Assembly (NCBI GenBank): GCA_048772705.1
Contig: JBLWGC010000043.1
Span: forward strand, 434,001-498,000
Direction: 5' to 3'
From: Leidyana gryllorum EB-2025a
Taxonomy: Eukaryota; Protista; Apicomplexa
DNA: 64,000 nucleotides
Positions 9,992-22,671 of the stretch are shown here, one piece after another (the stretch's first letter is position 1; every line of letters starts with the position of its first letter). A program made the translations under genes and the position numbers. The notes under the pieces were generated by a model, which was not told where the DNA came from, did no database searches, and saw only the letters and a list, made by a program, of their open reading frames with translations.

Positions 9992-12001
9992 ATGCTATGG
10001 GTTTTGCTGCTATTAAATCTTGTCTTGGGCACTCGGGTCTACGTGTTGGTGGACTGCGACCTGACGCTGAGTAGTAATTGTAGGACCGCATGCCGCGCGT
10101 CGTGTGCCGAACGAGTCCTTGAGTACCCGGACGGAGTTCAATGTATTGAAGACATCCCGCAGGACTGTGCCATCCAAGCATGGTTCTGGACCATTTCCCC
10201 TTTGGACTCTGTGATAGAACCGAATGCTCTAGTGACCAACTACAACTTCTTCGTCCCCGCATTCCCTCCCGTCAATTTCCGCTCAGCAATCGATGTAACC
10301 CGGTTTGGGATCACGGCCGTCTACCCGGGATCATGTAAGGTGACGAAGGCTGAATACATTTCAAGTTGGCGGAGAGCCTCCGAGGAATACCCGACGTATC
10401 CCGTGATCGATCTCCTACCGTATTGGGGCGATCTGATCCCGGACACGTTGCCTGACTATTTCTTGCACTTTGAGGCATTCGCCGAGCGCTTCCCCATGGT
10501 CAATGATAGCGACGAGGATTGGGCTCAGCGAATCCTCTTGACGATCATCTTTGAGATGAGAATCACCATTGATCCTTCGCTTCAATGTGGAGACGATCCT
10601 CAAGACGAGCCTGTAAGCACTACAGAAATCGCAGAGTCGAGCTCGAGCGTTCACGGTGATGCCTCGACTACCGTACTGGATATTGCTCTTGTTGGATCGT
10701 CAACCCGTTTTCACGAAAGGACGGAGAGGACGGAAGCCCCGATACTCCCACCACCCCGACCACTGGGTCCAGCTGACACAGCCCGCCCACCGAAGCGCAC
10801 TAGAACGACAACCACAACAACGACGACAACAACCACAACAACAACGACTCCCTTCCCATATCATGGAGCCGTAACTGCAACACGCTCACGGGAGGTCCCA
10901 TATCCGACTGGTTACGAACGATTATTGTTCTCTCACCTCTTAAATGGCGATGACAACTTGCCGTCAGGGGCTGTGTCCGGCGAGGGTTGGGAAAAAATAC
11001 GAAGGTTAGGCATTGACAATGACGACAACAAGGAGACACTCTCTGGTTCCAACTTTGATGATCCTTTCATCGGTCCAGAGGCCCCAACCCCAACGTTTAT
11101 CTCGTCACTTCATCTCGTGAGACTGACGGGACTGGCGGCTGAGACTGAGGTGGTCGCACCGCAAGCGGATTGGGTGTACCTGGAGGAGGATCAAACTTTA
11201 TCCATCAGCTCTGAGGCTCGCTTGAGAATCAATTGCGATAAAACTCAGAGCTGTTGCCAGCAAATGTGCCGAGCCCACTGCACTCCCGACAGCGATCCCA
11301 GTTGTCTTCGGTTCCTGCCTATGGATTGTGTGGTTGAAGTGGTGTTGAGTCATGAGACTGCTTTGAGTGCTGATGACTGGTGTAAAGGTGTGTCTCACAT
11401 TGCCGTCGACGGTTCCAAGATCGGGGCCCGAGCACTCCAGGTGCAGTCGGTGACCGATGCGACAGAGTTTCGGCCTGTGGCCCTCTCTGTCGACTTTTTC
11501 AGAGTTTATTACGATGGCACCGGAGTGGCGTTTGATGAGTGTGCTGCCCTTCCAGTGGTCGAAATGGGAATGCAAAAGATGAATGAAAATGGATTGAACT
11601 GTTCTCATCAGCAGCGAGCACCTCATGATCTCTCGACATCACACTATCAAGCTTCTGCCCGTCGCGCATACATTGATTACGGCCCTCTGCTCCATTCACA
11701 TCATGTCGACCAACTCCCCCGGTCCGGCTGGGCACTCCATTTCGCTCCCTGGGTACCGAGATGGTGCTCAATGGACGTACAGCCCACTTATGTGACGTCA
11801 TCGGTGATCCTGAAATATGCCACTGCACCGGGCCCAGACCGTTGGGCCGAGTGCGAAGACTTTGCTAATGTCGATTCTACTGTCCACGTCGTGGGACCCG
11901 GTTCCGACAACGATGGAGATGTATCGTCTGTCGGAGCCACGCTGGTCGGGAACTCTCTGGCCGCGCTCATATTTTCATCCTCTATCATATTCTTGATGTG
12001 A
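9992..12001 (+). CDS. Secreted, probably GPI-anchored surface protein with Thr-rich mucin linker and two related Cys-rich domains
   Basis: Signal peptide MLWVLLLLNLVLG, long poly-Thr run, and hydrophobic C-terminus after a small-residue stretch (SSVGA...LAALIFSSSIIFLM). Confidence 0.8.
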   Translation: MLWVLLLLNLVLGTRVYVLVDCDLTLSSNCRTACRASCAERVLEYPDGVQCIEDIPQDCAIQAWFWTISPLDSVIEPNALVTNYNFFVPAFPPVNFRSAIDVTRFGITAVYPGSCKVTKAEYISSWRRASEEYPTYPVIDLLPYWGDLIPDTLPDYFLHFEAFAERFPMVNDSDEDWAQRILLTIIFEMRITIDPSLQCGDDPQDEPVSTTEIAESSSSVHGDASTTVLDIALVGSSTRFHERTERTEAPILPPPRPLGPADTARPPKRTRTTTTTTTTTTTTTTTPFPYHGAVTATRSREVPYPTGYERLLFSHLLNGDDNLPSGAVSGEGWEKIRRLGIDNDDNKETLSGSNFDDPFIGPEAPTPTFISSLHLVRLTGLAAETEVVAPQADWVYLEEDQTLSISSEARLRINCDKTQSCCQQMCRAHCTPDSDPSCLRFLPMDCVVEVVLSHETALSADDWCKGVSHIAVDGSKIGARALQVQSVTDATEFRPVALSVDFFRVYYDGTGVAFDECAALPVVEMGMQKMNENGLNCSHQQRAPHDLSTSHYQASARRAYIDYGPLLHSHHVDQLPRSGWALHFAPWVPRWCSMDVQPTYVTSSVILKYATAPGPDRWAECEDFANVDSTVHVVGPGSDNDGDVSSVGATLVGNSLAALIFSSSIIFLM

Positions 12002-12779
12002 TCCAAGGACTCAAGAAGTTCTCCAATTTCTGTCTGGGAGCGGGAGGTTCCCCTGAGGTACACAAATACTTTGCTCCATCAACGAGATCTGCCAGATGTT
12101 GAACCCTTTCCATATTTTGATCATAAAGCTTGCGCGAGGGACCTCCCACAGGTTTGACGACCTTTTGTCGACTGCTGTACTGGATCGCACTATCGGAACC
12201 TCTGCTCACCCGAGTGATTTCTTTATGCAGCTGTTTGAGAGTTTTGAAGCAATGTTTGACATACACAGGTTCCCCCTCGTGACACATGTCCCCGTTGCTA
12301 CGAATTATTCACGTGTCTGCCTGAGTTTTCAACGAGTGTTCTCACCGGTAGATCCATATCAAACGGGGGGTTACTGTTTGCACTCCATACTTCTGAACAC
12401 CGAGAGTGCCCGGCTCCACCACAGGTTTCCTGGCTGAAAAGGTCACGTGAAGCAAAGAGAGTGAGAGAGAGTGCGTACGTGCAGTGGAGTCAACGAAATA
12501 ATGCTTACGTTTAGCGATCAATGTGGCATAGACTTCTGCGGGCCTCTTGGTACTGTGAGTCCAGCCGTCGTTAATATACAGATACTCTCGGCCCGCTTTG
12601 CCTCGCCCGTTCCCAAACTCATCGAAACGCTCCCGAGATGCGCCCTGTCAGTTGGTCTACTTTTCCTGCCTATCTCTCTCTCTCACAGTATAATATCTAA
12701 AGTCGGTTAATCTCTCCAAGACCGGCCGATGGATATATTTCTGATTCTCTGGACATGCGTTAGGGAAGTTGTAGGACAT
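11985..12779 (-). CDS. Apicortin (partial p25alpha/TPPP domain + DCX domain)
   Basis: Spliced: VLERLTDFRYYT|GASRERFDEFGNGRGKAGRE (p25alpha motif), then IWIYR|NGDMCHEG...RKLYDQNMERVQHLADLVDGAKYLCTSGE (DCX). Confidence 0.9.
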
Positions 12780-12806
12780 GGCACACAGACAAGAGGTGCA
12801 GCCTGA

Positions 12807-14639
<1,833 letters not shown>

Positions 14640-14739
14640 ATCGTTTTTCACTTTTACAAGAATATGAGTTGGACAAGGTGGAGAGTACTTTTGTTGGGTA
14701 CGACCTCCCTTCAGCTACATCTAACTAAATTGGTGCTAT

Positions 14740-16759
14740 CTAAACTCTGACCAACTCGATTTCCATAGTCTCATCAGACCCTGCCACAGCTGCTGGCTTC
14801 TCACTGGGCTGGGTCGAGTCCTCGAGACTGCCACGTCCGATATTCGACATTGCGAACGAGCCTTTGGTGACAAAGGAGGTCGGCACCATCACGAGCGCCG
14901 CGTCGTTGGCAGGTAAGTTCTTCAAGACCCACGCCAAACCAGGGAGTGCCAATAGCCAGCAAGCGGCGCAGACCAGGAATTGGGTACGATAGCTTGCGAA
15001 CGAATTGATGTCCAATGCCCAGGCCAAACTGCTGCCGAAACCCTGGAAACATCGGAACACAGCGACATAATGAGGCACTCTGGTTGGATGCCGCCGACCC
15101 AAAACGCTGAATATCCACAAAACTGAGAGGGAGAGGAAAAGTCATCGACTTGAGAAGATAAAGGCTCTTACCAAAGCTTTGTGAAACAGTGTCCAGACCT
15201 CCGTACAAAAAGAAGGACAGAAAGGCCAACGCGGTGTTGAACGGATCGACGGCCACGTCAAAGATGCCCTCTGGCACCGAGGACCAAAAGACGACAGCCA
15301 GACATTGACAGGTGGCAACATATCTGAGGGAGGAGACAGGGCACACCCAATTGTCGTCACCAACCACTGACAGAAGATGGACTTACGTCAAAAGCAGAGT
15401 CAGTCCGTGGAGTCCTCGAGTTCTGGTAGGATACCGGAGATCGTCGACCAAGTGGCCGTGGGCAAAACCGGCTGGGATGCGGCCCACCCAATACATGAAG
15501 CAATTGAGGCCTCGGGTTCGCACATTGAAGGCTTTGTAATTGATACCATTAAATAGATATGTCTGGTGGAAGAGAGATGCAAAGGAATAGATCACCAGAA
15601 ATTGAACGCTGGTTTCCTTGAGCGTTGAGAGGAGCGTTCTCAGTTGTTTGCCAGTACTGCTGACGAACTGTTTAGACATTGAACGAACGATAGACTTTGA
15701 CGGGGTGGCGACGGGGGATTGTGGACCGGGGCCGCCGGCCAGGGTTAATTTGTTCGAAGGTATCTGCAATCGCGAAGCGGAGTCTTCTGCTTCTGTTCCA
15801 CACTCAGCCGCGCCTGCAGCAGCTTCGCTGGGCTCAGCGTGAGGATCCCAGCTGGGTTTCCGGCTGGGGAGGTCGAGTCGATGGAGGAGGCGGAAGCTGG
15901 ATTGGCTCTTCGAGATTAGGGTGAATCGAGATCCTTCACGTCGAATTTCGTCGCCCATTACAGAATTAGAGTACGGTTCGGTCAGAGGCTCTCCTCTGCC
16001 GTTCACCACGCTGCTCTCTTTCACCATGAAGAAGCAGAGGAGGAAGGCGCCTACGGCCAGGGAGATCATGACAGTGTAGCTGGCCGGCTTGAGCCCAGTA
16101 TTGACAACGGGTGCGAGTGGCAAGCCGTCTTCCACACTGGGAGGGATGTGGGAGGCCATGGCGTCTCGTAGAGAGGAGGAGGCTGTGGTGGAGTCGTTGG
16201 ATCCAATGTTCATCGCGAAGCTCAGTAAGCCTCCCATGGCTGCTCCACAGGAATAGATGGCGAAGAGGACGGTGGAGGCGAAGCCTTTCTTGTTCTCTGA
16301 GGGGTATTTGATCAGCACCGTTCCGGCTGCGGTCCAGAGCGTGCCGCTTCCCAAGCCGTCGAAGGTCGCGGCCACCCAAACTAACCAGGAGGGGACTAAG
16401 TGGTACATTGTGAACAGCATCAAGGTGGTGAGTGTGAAGATGGTGGTGAGGGAGCCGATGGCACAACTCTTGTTGTATCCTAACATGTTGACTATGCCTC
16501 CACTTGACCAACTCAGCAGTGTGAATGATATACTCGACAAGAGGTTCACCATGGTGGCCGTTTGCACATCGCCCGTTCCTAAGCCTCCAACAGCGTTCAA
16601 GGCGTTCATTGTACCTCTAGACAGAGTAGCCACCAACGACACAATTACAATCTGTACCCATGCCAGCCGCAACCAGGAAGAGAAGCCGTGCGGCATGACG
16701 GCGGCAGCTGGCGGTGTGACCAGCACCACAGCCTCGCTTCCCGGAGCAGGACTCTCCAT
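14740..16759 (-). CDS. UNC-93-like MFS transporter
   Basis: MNALNAVGGLG, GLGSGTLWTAAG, YPSENKKG and FNVRTRGLNCFMYW match UNC93-like MFS proteins; introns near the 3' end. Confidence 0.8.
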
Positions 16760-16793
16760 GCAAATTTCGGCTTACAGCCGCTAACAAAAAAGA

Positions 16794-19700
16794 CTAGAGG
16801 AAGAGGTGCGTCTCCTGCAAACTGTTCAGGCCACTTCCCCCCTTAGCCAACCCCTACAACACAAAAAAGGTTTTCGTCCTGGAGGAGGAAGAGAAACACT
16901 CACCTCATAGACTGTCAGCGCTCGCTCGGCACCCAGCTCAGCAAGCCGCAAGACATGGGGAACTTTACTAGCATTGAACTGATTATAGTATAGAAATGTC
17001 AAGCGGAGACTCAGATCTTGAATCTCTTTCAAGCTTAGATGAGTGTTATCTGCGATAAAGGGGGGGGGCCGACAAGATTAATGTCTCTCTCGCTCTCACA
17101 CACTCACTGTGTAATATACTGTAATGCACCGGGAGGCTGAAACCTGTAACTCCCGTGGAGGGAACAATATAGTATTCTTCCCGAGCCCCTCCTGTGGGGC
17201 TGAGCCCTTGGAAAGGACCATCAACAATAGTACAGGCTGGAACGGCGTCCCCGAATCGAGACCCGCCCCTTCTTTCCCCAGATCGTCCTTGTGTCTTGTC
17301 CAAGAGCTCTTTCTTGAAGAACGCCAGGTGGGCGTTATGGGACTTGTTCACCATCACATAGCATATGCCAGGCAGCTATACCAGTCCATTCTTTCCACCA
17401 AACCCCCATCTCCCCACTTACCTTTGGCAGAATTGAATTCCTGCCGTCCGGACCGGTGCATTGGATAGGCGACTTGCCAATATCGGGTTCCTCGCCATCC
17501 GCGAAACGCAGACGGAGCAACACGTGTTTGGAGGCCCCGTCGGCGCCCCCTCCCCACTCAGCTTTCACTTCCTGCCGGAAGGGCAGTCCACTTTCGACCA
17601 ACCGCCCCTCCACGATGTAAGTGCCTTTTTCTTTCCACAGAGGATTAGCGATAAGCAGTTCGCGAGAGTGACTATTCCACCGTTGGAAGCCCATCAGATC
17701 TTCATACGCCTTCAGTATCTGTTGTTGCTCGAGCTCGGCACAGTCCGTCATCAAGCCATCCGACGTCCCTTTGCGGAAGATAACCAGTGTCTCAATCTTA
17801 CGCATGTGTTTGAAACGCAGATTGTGCAGCAATGGCCGCAGGTGGTCCCGGATGTCGCCGAGTATTCCACCCCTACTGATACTCTCCGTTTCCCCAAAAT
17901 CTTGAACAACGCCCAAACAGTCGTTCCCGGTGGTCAGCGTAATGCCGTATCCACCGTGGCCACTCTGACAGGAATCATCCGAGACTACACGGAAGGCCGG
18001 TTTATAAGACGACAACCCCATCACTGTTACATTCTGATGACTGCCCAACGGGTCTTTCACAGCCCAGGGAACTGCCAGCTCAAATTTGGATCGAGCGCTG
18101 CCATCTGGGACAAGTTTGGCCGCCATGGAGGCCAATATCCGGAAGATTGCTTTGTCTCCCTGTCTCTCCAGGACGTCAAAGGTGATCACTTGCGAAGGCA
18201 TCTCGAGCTGATAAGCCATTTTCTTGATGGCTGTGTAATCAGATTCGTCTTTTCTGGGTATCAGAGCAAACAGAACGATCGGTTTGGTGGCAGGATTCTT
18301 CCGAATGCGCCGAGCGATAGCTTCTTGCCGTTCCTCCAAGTGGCTCGCGCGCCCATCCCAGTCCACCACTGGGACTCTCGATGGATCTGAGGATACCTCA
18401 AAGTCCCACTGCCATTTCCGGCAGGCTTGAGACATCTCACGAAGGAACAAATCGATAATTCTGTCATCGATCCGCCCACGCGGGTCGCTCTTGACGAGAA
18501 TAATATACCGATCGCCGATTCGTGGACAGCGGTAATGACTCGAACTGCGGCTGAAGGCTTGTTGGAAGCTTCCATTGTCGTCCAAATTCATAGTGCTGCG
18601 CTCGGACTCTCCCGAAACCACTTGAACGGCATTGCGTTGGACACGGCCGTCGAGCTCTTTGAGCTCTTGTCCAACTTCGATCCCGAAAGATCGGTATGCC
18701 TCTTGGATTTCAGGCGCTCCGAGGCTTCCGACAAACTTGACAATCTCGCCCAGAGCTTCGCGCTCTTTCCGTTGACTCATTCTCGTGATCTCCTCTTTGA
18801 CGTCTTTGGGGAGCTCTCGCGGGTCCACACAGCATACTGAGAGGAGCGAGGCCGGGATGTGGACAGTACGACCCACTTTGATCAGCTGTTTACGCCGACC
18901 CACCAGAACACAGCCGACCATCGGCTGGTCCTTCAAGTTGTCGTCTCTGAGTGCGGGGCAGTCCTTGGCATATCGCTCTCGAAGGTATTCAATGTGAGAC
19001 TTTTCTTTGTCGACATAGGTACCATCCGGTTGTTTCTCGCGATAAACGAAACAGTCCGTTGGCTTCATGTCGTACGAGAGATCCATGACCTGAAAGCGGC
19101 ATCGAAGTGGGAGGAGACGCCGTCAAAACTGGAACACCCACCCTGTACATATTACCAGGGGCATATTTGGTGACCACAAATAGACGACGACGTCTCAAAG
19201 CGGCCACCAGATCCTCGGGGTTTTGATGTTTCTGTTTCAAGTCGTGAATTTCTTCGTCCATTGTTCCTGATAACGGGTGGAGAAAGCGGGTGATGGATGA
19301 ATGAGCGGCGTCTCGGTCTCACTATTCAACATCAATGTATATCGGGGTGAGAATGTCCAATAGAGGCCATCCTCACACGCCGTTAACGCTTTGGCAAATC
19401 CCGGAGCCAACGCGCCATATCGAGATCGTGGTAAGGGACGGAAGGTTCGGGGGTCTGTGTTCACGATACGCATACTCGCGTTCCCAATGAGTGTGAATTT
19501 GCCCCTCTCCAACGCCTGAAGGAGCTCAAATGACTGTGGAGACATCGGTTGGACACTCACCGCATCGGACAGCAGAGAGAGGAACTGAAGCCATACATCC
19601 GGGTGATGTTTAAATGTACGTAGACCAGAGGTGTGGGACTCTTTGAACGTCAGTGTCCATACTTCTTCGTTCCCGTCTTTCGTTTTCAGTTGAATTGTAG

Positions 19701-20263
19701 AGCCATCAAGTGATTCCAGGAGGTCTTTGGCAGCGGTATTGGGGTCCATCACGTACAAAGTCGCTCCCTCAGCACAACGCATTTGAAGTACCTTGGAGAA
19801 CTCTATCGAGTTCCACGGCCCCGTGCGGTGGCACAGAATCTTCTGCTTGAAGTTCTGATCCGTTATGCCCAACTGCCCGACGAGAATTTCCGATAGAGAG
19901 GCATTTGAGGCTCACAGGTCGTGGCCCATCGAAGGCAATATTGAAGACTCGAAGGCATCCAAAGGTACCGGGGATAGTGCGCAGAGAGAGAGCATTGGCA
20001 ACCAAGCGGATCTGAAGGTGGAAAGAGTGGTTGATGCTTGGCACCGGGACGGGACGACTTACGAGCTCAGGCTGATGGTGATGGCGTTTAGCCTCACGCG
20101 GCGGCCGGTAGTCAGGTTCAGCATACTGGCGTTTGGGGCGTTGTGGCATTCGATCTCCGCCTCCTCTCGCCGGGTGTTCTCGGCGAGGTGGGCTGGAACG
20201 AGGGGGGGCCCGTTGACGGTGGCCACCTCCACCGAGAGAGGCTCTGCCAAAGCGTCCTGACAT
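16794..20263 (-). CDS. AGO: Argonaute/Piwi-family protein, divergent and predicted slicer-inactive
   Basis: R/G-rich N-terminus; PAZ (SHIEYLRERY...DQPMV...IPASLL); MID (DYTAIKK, PSQVI, MAAKL); PIWI (LVIFRKGTSDG, YVMVNKSH, PVHYSIL, LTFLYYN..KVP); C-terminal LQETHLFL-stop at 16794. About 8 exons. Confidence 0.9.
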
Positions 20264-20480
20264 TAGTAGGATTGAATTGCTCTAAATTCTTGAGAGGTGG
20301 TCGATCGTACCTCCCTGCATCAGTCTTTTGTTTAGTTGTGACCGAGAGTGTGTGTGTGTGCGTGGAGCGTGTCATCCAACAAGCCAGATTGGGTGAATTT
20401 TGAAGACGCTCACACTTTCTCTCTGTGTCACGGGTCAACACTCTTTCGAATTCAATTGGACAAAAATATGGTCAAACGAG

Positions 20481-22241
20481 TTATGTGCATCTGGCGGCGG
20501 CAGTCTCCTCCATTTTCTTGACTCTATGGTATCCTCTGACTCGGTAGGGGAGGGGAGTAGAGTCATCGAGTGGGACTTCAATTAGTTCACTTCCGGGATT
20601 CTGCACCTCGATATCGTTGAGTTTCATGTGGCCTTGATCAGGCCCGACGAGTGACAGGTCACCATCCAGTTTGAGGGACTTGAAAGATACGTTCCCTTTC
20701 AGCACCAAAGAGGAACGAGTAGTCATAGCGAGAGACTGGACTGCTGCTAAGCGATTGCGCAAGCAAGTCAAGGAGAGTCCCCAGGTGGGATCAATATACA
20801 GCTTCGGCCCGACCGGAAACTCCATTTTGTGGAAAGTTGTCATCACCGGTTCACCGAACTCCAATTTGGTACCAGTTGACTCGGCTGCCAGTTTGAGGCA
20901 GTTCACCGCCGCGGCATACATCTCAGCTTCTCCAGAGAACGCACATTCGCCCGGAAGGCCCGATTTTAGTTTGGTAGCGGCATCGGCGATGCAGTTTTTA
21001 ACAGTCGAGAAGCAGAACCATCGAGGCAGTACGGTGGCCCCAACGGTCTGATCTCTCCGATACAAACGAGCAAACTCCTGCATCATACATTCGATTCGCG
21101 TAGCCGACTTGAACTTTGTTTTAGTGGCGTCCGCATACTTTGGGTTGACAAATTCTGGTACGGCACCTTTGGTCTCCTCCAAGATGGCTGCGTAGTCCGC
21201 CAGTTTGAACAGGAGAATGTTGCAGTTTCCAGGGAACGGAGACGTGTTGCCGTTCTCAACAGGCACGTCTCCCGCCAACCCAGCGCTTTTCAATAGAGTA
21301 TCTAACTGATTATATTCAACGTTCACGGTGTACTCCTCGTTGGTTTGTTCATTCTTAAGATGACAGATCGCCCCAACGGCTTCGCCTGGAGTCCGCGGGA
21401 TACACAACGAGTTCATAGCAAAGTTCCTGCGACTGCTCACTCCCAAAAAGGAGGTCAGAGCGCGAAACACCAAAGTATTGGTGTCTTGGAAGAACAATAC
21501 CCATTTGTAGCCCTTAGACAGCCAGGCCGACGGGAGCTTATGTTGATGCAACAACGTATGGACGTCTCCATGGCCATGTGGCTTAGTCTCGAGCCCCCCA
21601 TCAGCCTTAATTCCCATCCGGGCGTCGCTGTCGATCAGCGCGGGCACTTTCTCTTGTAACATAATAGTCACCTGAGACGCGTCCAACGCAAAGTAAGAGT
21701 GTTTCTCGAGCAGCTCCACAGTCCGAGCGTGGGTGTCACCACTGGTCATTATAGCAACCGGCAACAAGAGATCCGGCTGGTTCAAGTGGCGCCGTGCGTG
21801 TGCTTGATAGTACGCGATGCACGCAAAGTAGTATTCGCAGTATGTAATCTCGTACGTAATGTTGGTCAGCAGCCCAATCTTGATGTCTGGGTAGCCGAGC
21901 CGTTCCCCCAGACCTCCAGCGACCAGCACAAACGCACAGTGACACACCTCTTCCATTCCGAGCTTTTCCAACGCATAAAAGTCCTCCGAACCAACTTGCG
22001 GAGATTCGACAGCTGGCGCAGAGGCGGCGAACCCCTCGAAGGGGTTCTTCCCTGCAGCCGAGTCAACGAGTAGTTTACGAGCGCGGGCCAAGTAATTCTT
22101 CAAACCACCAGGGTAGTTGGCATCGCAGTGATCCAATTGCTTGATCAATACGTCAAGCTTCCCTTGATCGCCAGCCACTGCATCAAGCAGATGCTTTTGA
22201 TTATACTCAGGGGATAACAAACGAGCGGTCCACGACTCCAT
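20481..22241 (-). CDS. USP: UDP-sugar pyrophosphorylase (intronless)
   Basis: FVLVAGGLGERLGY, TKPHGHGDVH, FFQDTN, NVEYNQLD, PEFVNPKY, RIECMMQ. Confidence 0.93.
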   Translation of the reverse strand: MESWTARLLSPEYNQKHLLDAVAGDQGKLDVLIKQLDHCDANYPGGLKNYLARARKLLVDSAAGKNPFEGFAASAPAVESPQVGSEDFYALEKLGMEEVCHCAFVLVAGGLGERLGYPDIKIGLLTNITYEITYCEYYFACIAYYQAHARRHLNQPDLLLPVAIMTSGDTHARTVELLEKHSYFALDASQVTIMLQEKVPALIDSDARMGIKADGGLETKPHGHGDVHTLLHQHKLPSAWLSKGYKWVLFFQDTNTLVFRALTSFLGVSSRRNFAMNSLCIPRTPGEAVGAICHLKNEQTNEEYTVNVEYNQLDTLLKSAGLAGDVPVENGNTSPFPGNCNILLFKLADYAAILEETKGAVPEFVNPKYADATKTKFKSATRIECMMQEFARLYRRDQTVGATVLPRWFCFSTVKNCIADAATKLKSGLPGECAFSGEAEMYAAAVNCLKLAAESTGTKLEFGEPVMTTFHKMEFPVGPKLYIDPTWGLSLTCLRNRLAAVQSLAMTTRSSLVLKGNVSFKSLKLDGDLSLVGPDQGHMKLNDIEVQNPGSELIEVPLDDSTPLPYRVRGYHRVKKMEETAAARCT

Positions 22242-22366
22242 ACTTAAAAAGGGAAGGACAAGGATGCTCGATAAGAAAAATTTCCCTTTCTGCTTGAGCC
22301 CGCCCCCTTCCCTGTCGCCTGTGTGCGTGCCTTATCCCGGCGGTCGCTCAACCACCCAGACCGTCC

Positions 22367-22633
22367 ATGGGAGGAGAAGGAGACAATTGTCGGATATACA
22401 TTGGCAATTTGCCAGAAGATATCCGAGCACAGGAGGTCGTCGATCTTCTGGCCAAGGTAAGCTATTTATAGCACTTGATGATTGACAACCACACAGTACG
22501 GACGCGTTCGTGATGTTGACATCAAAGCTGGTCGAACCCGAAATGGCACAGCCTTCGCATTTGTAGAGTTTGACCATCCAAGGTAAGAAGCTCAACCTAC
22601 CCTCCCCCTTCCACCTTCCCCCCACACACGCGA

Positions 22634-22671
<38 letters not shown>

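Noticed and set aside
17461-18390. Long antisense ORFs (e.g. 309 aa opposite Ago; also 41331-42149 and 43340-44041)
   Set aside because: Shadow ORFs opposite well-supported genes, with no recognisable motifs.
14740-22241. Prokaryotic Argonaute defence operon
   Set aside because: The Ago has spliceosomal introns and eukaryotic architecture; its neighbours are an MFS transporter and USP, with no TIR/SIR2/APAZ partner.
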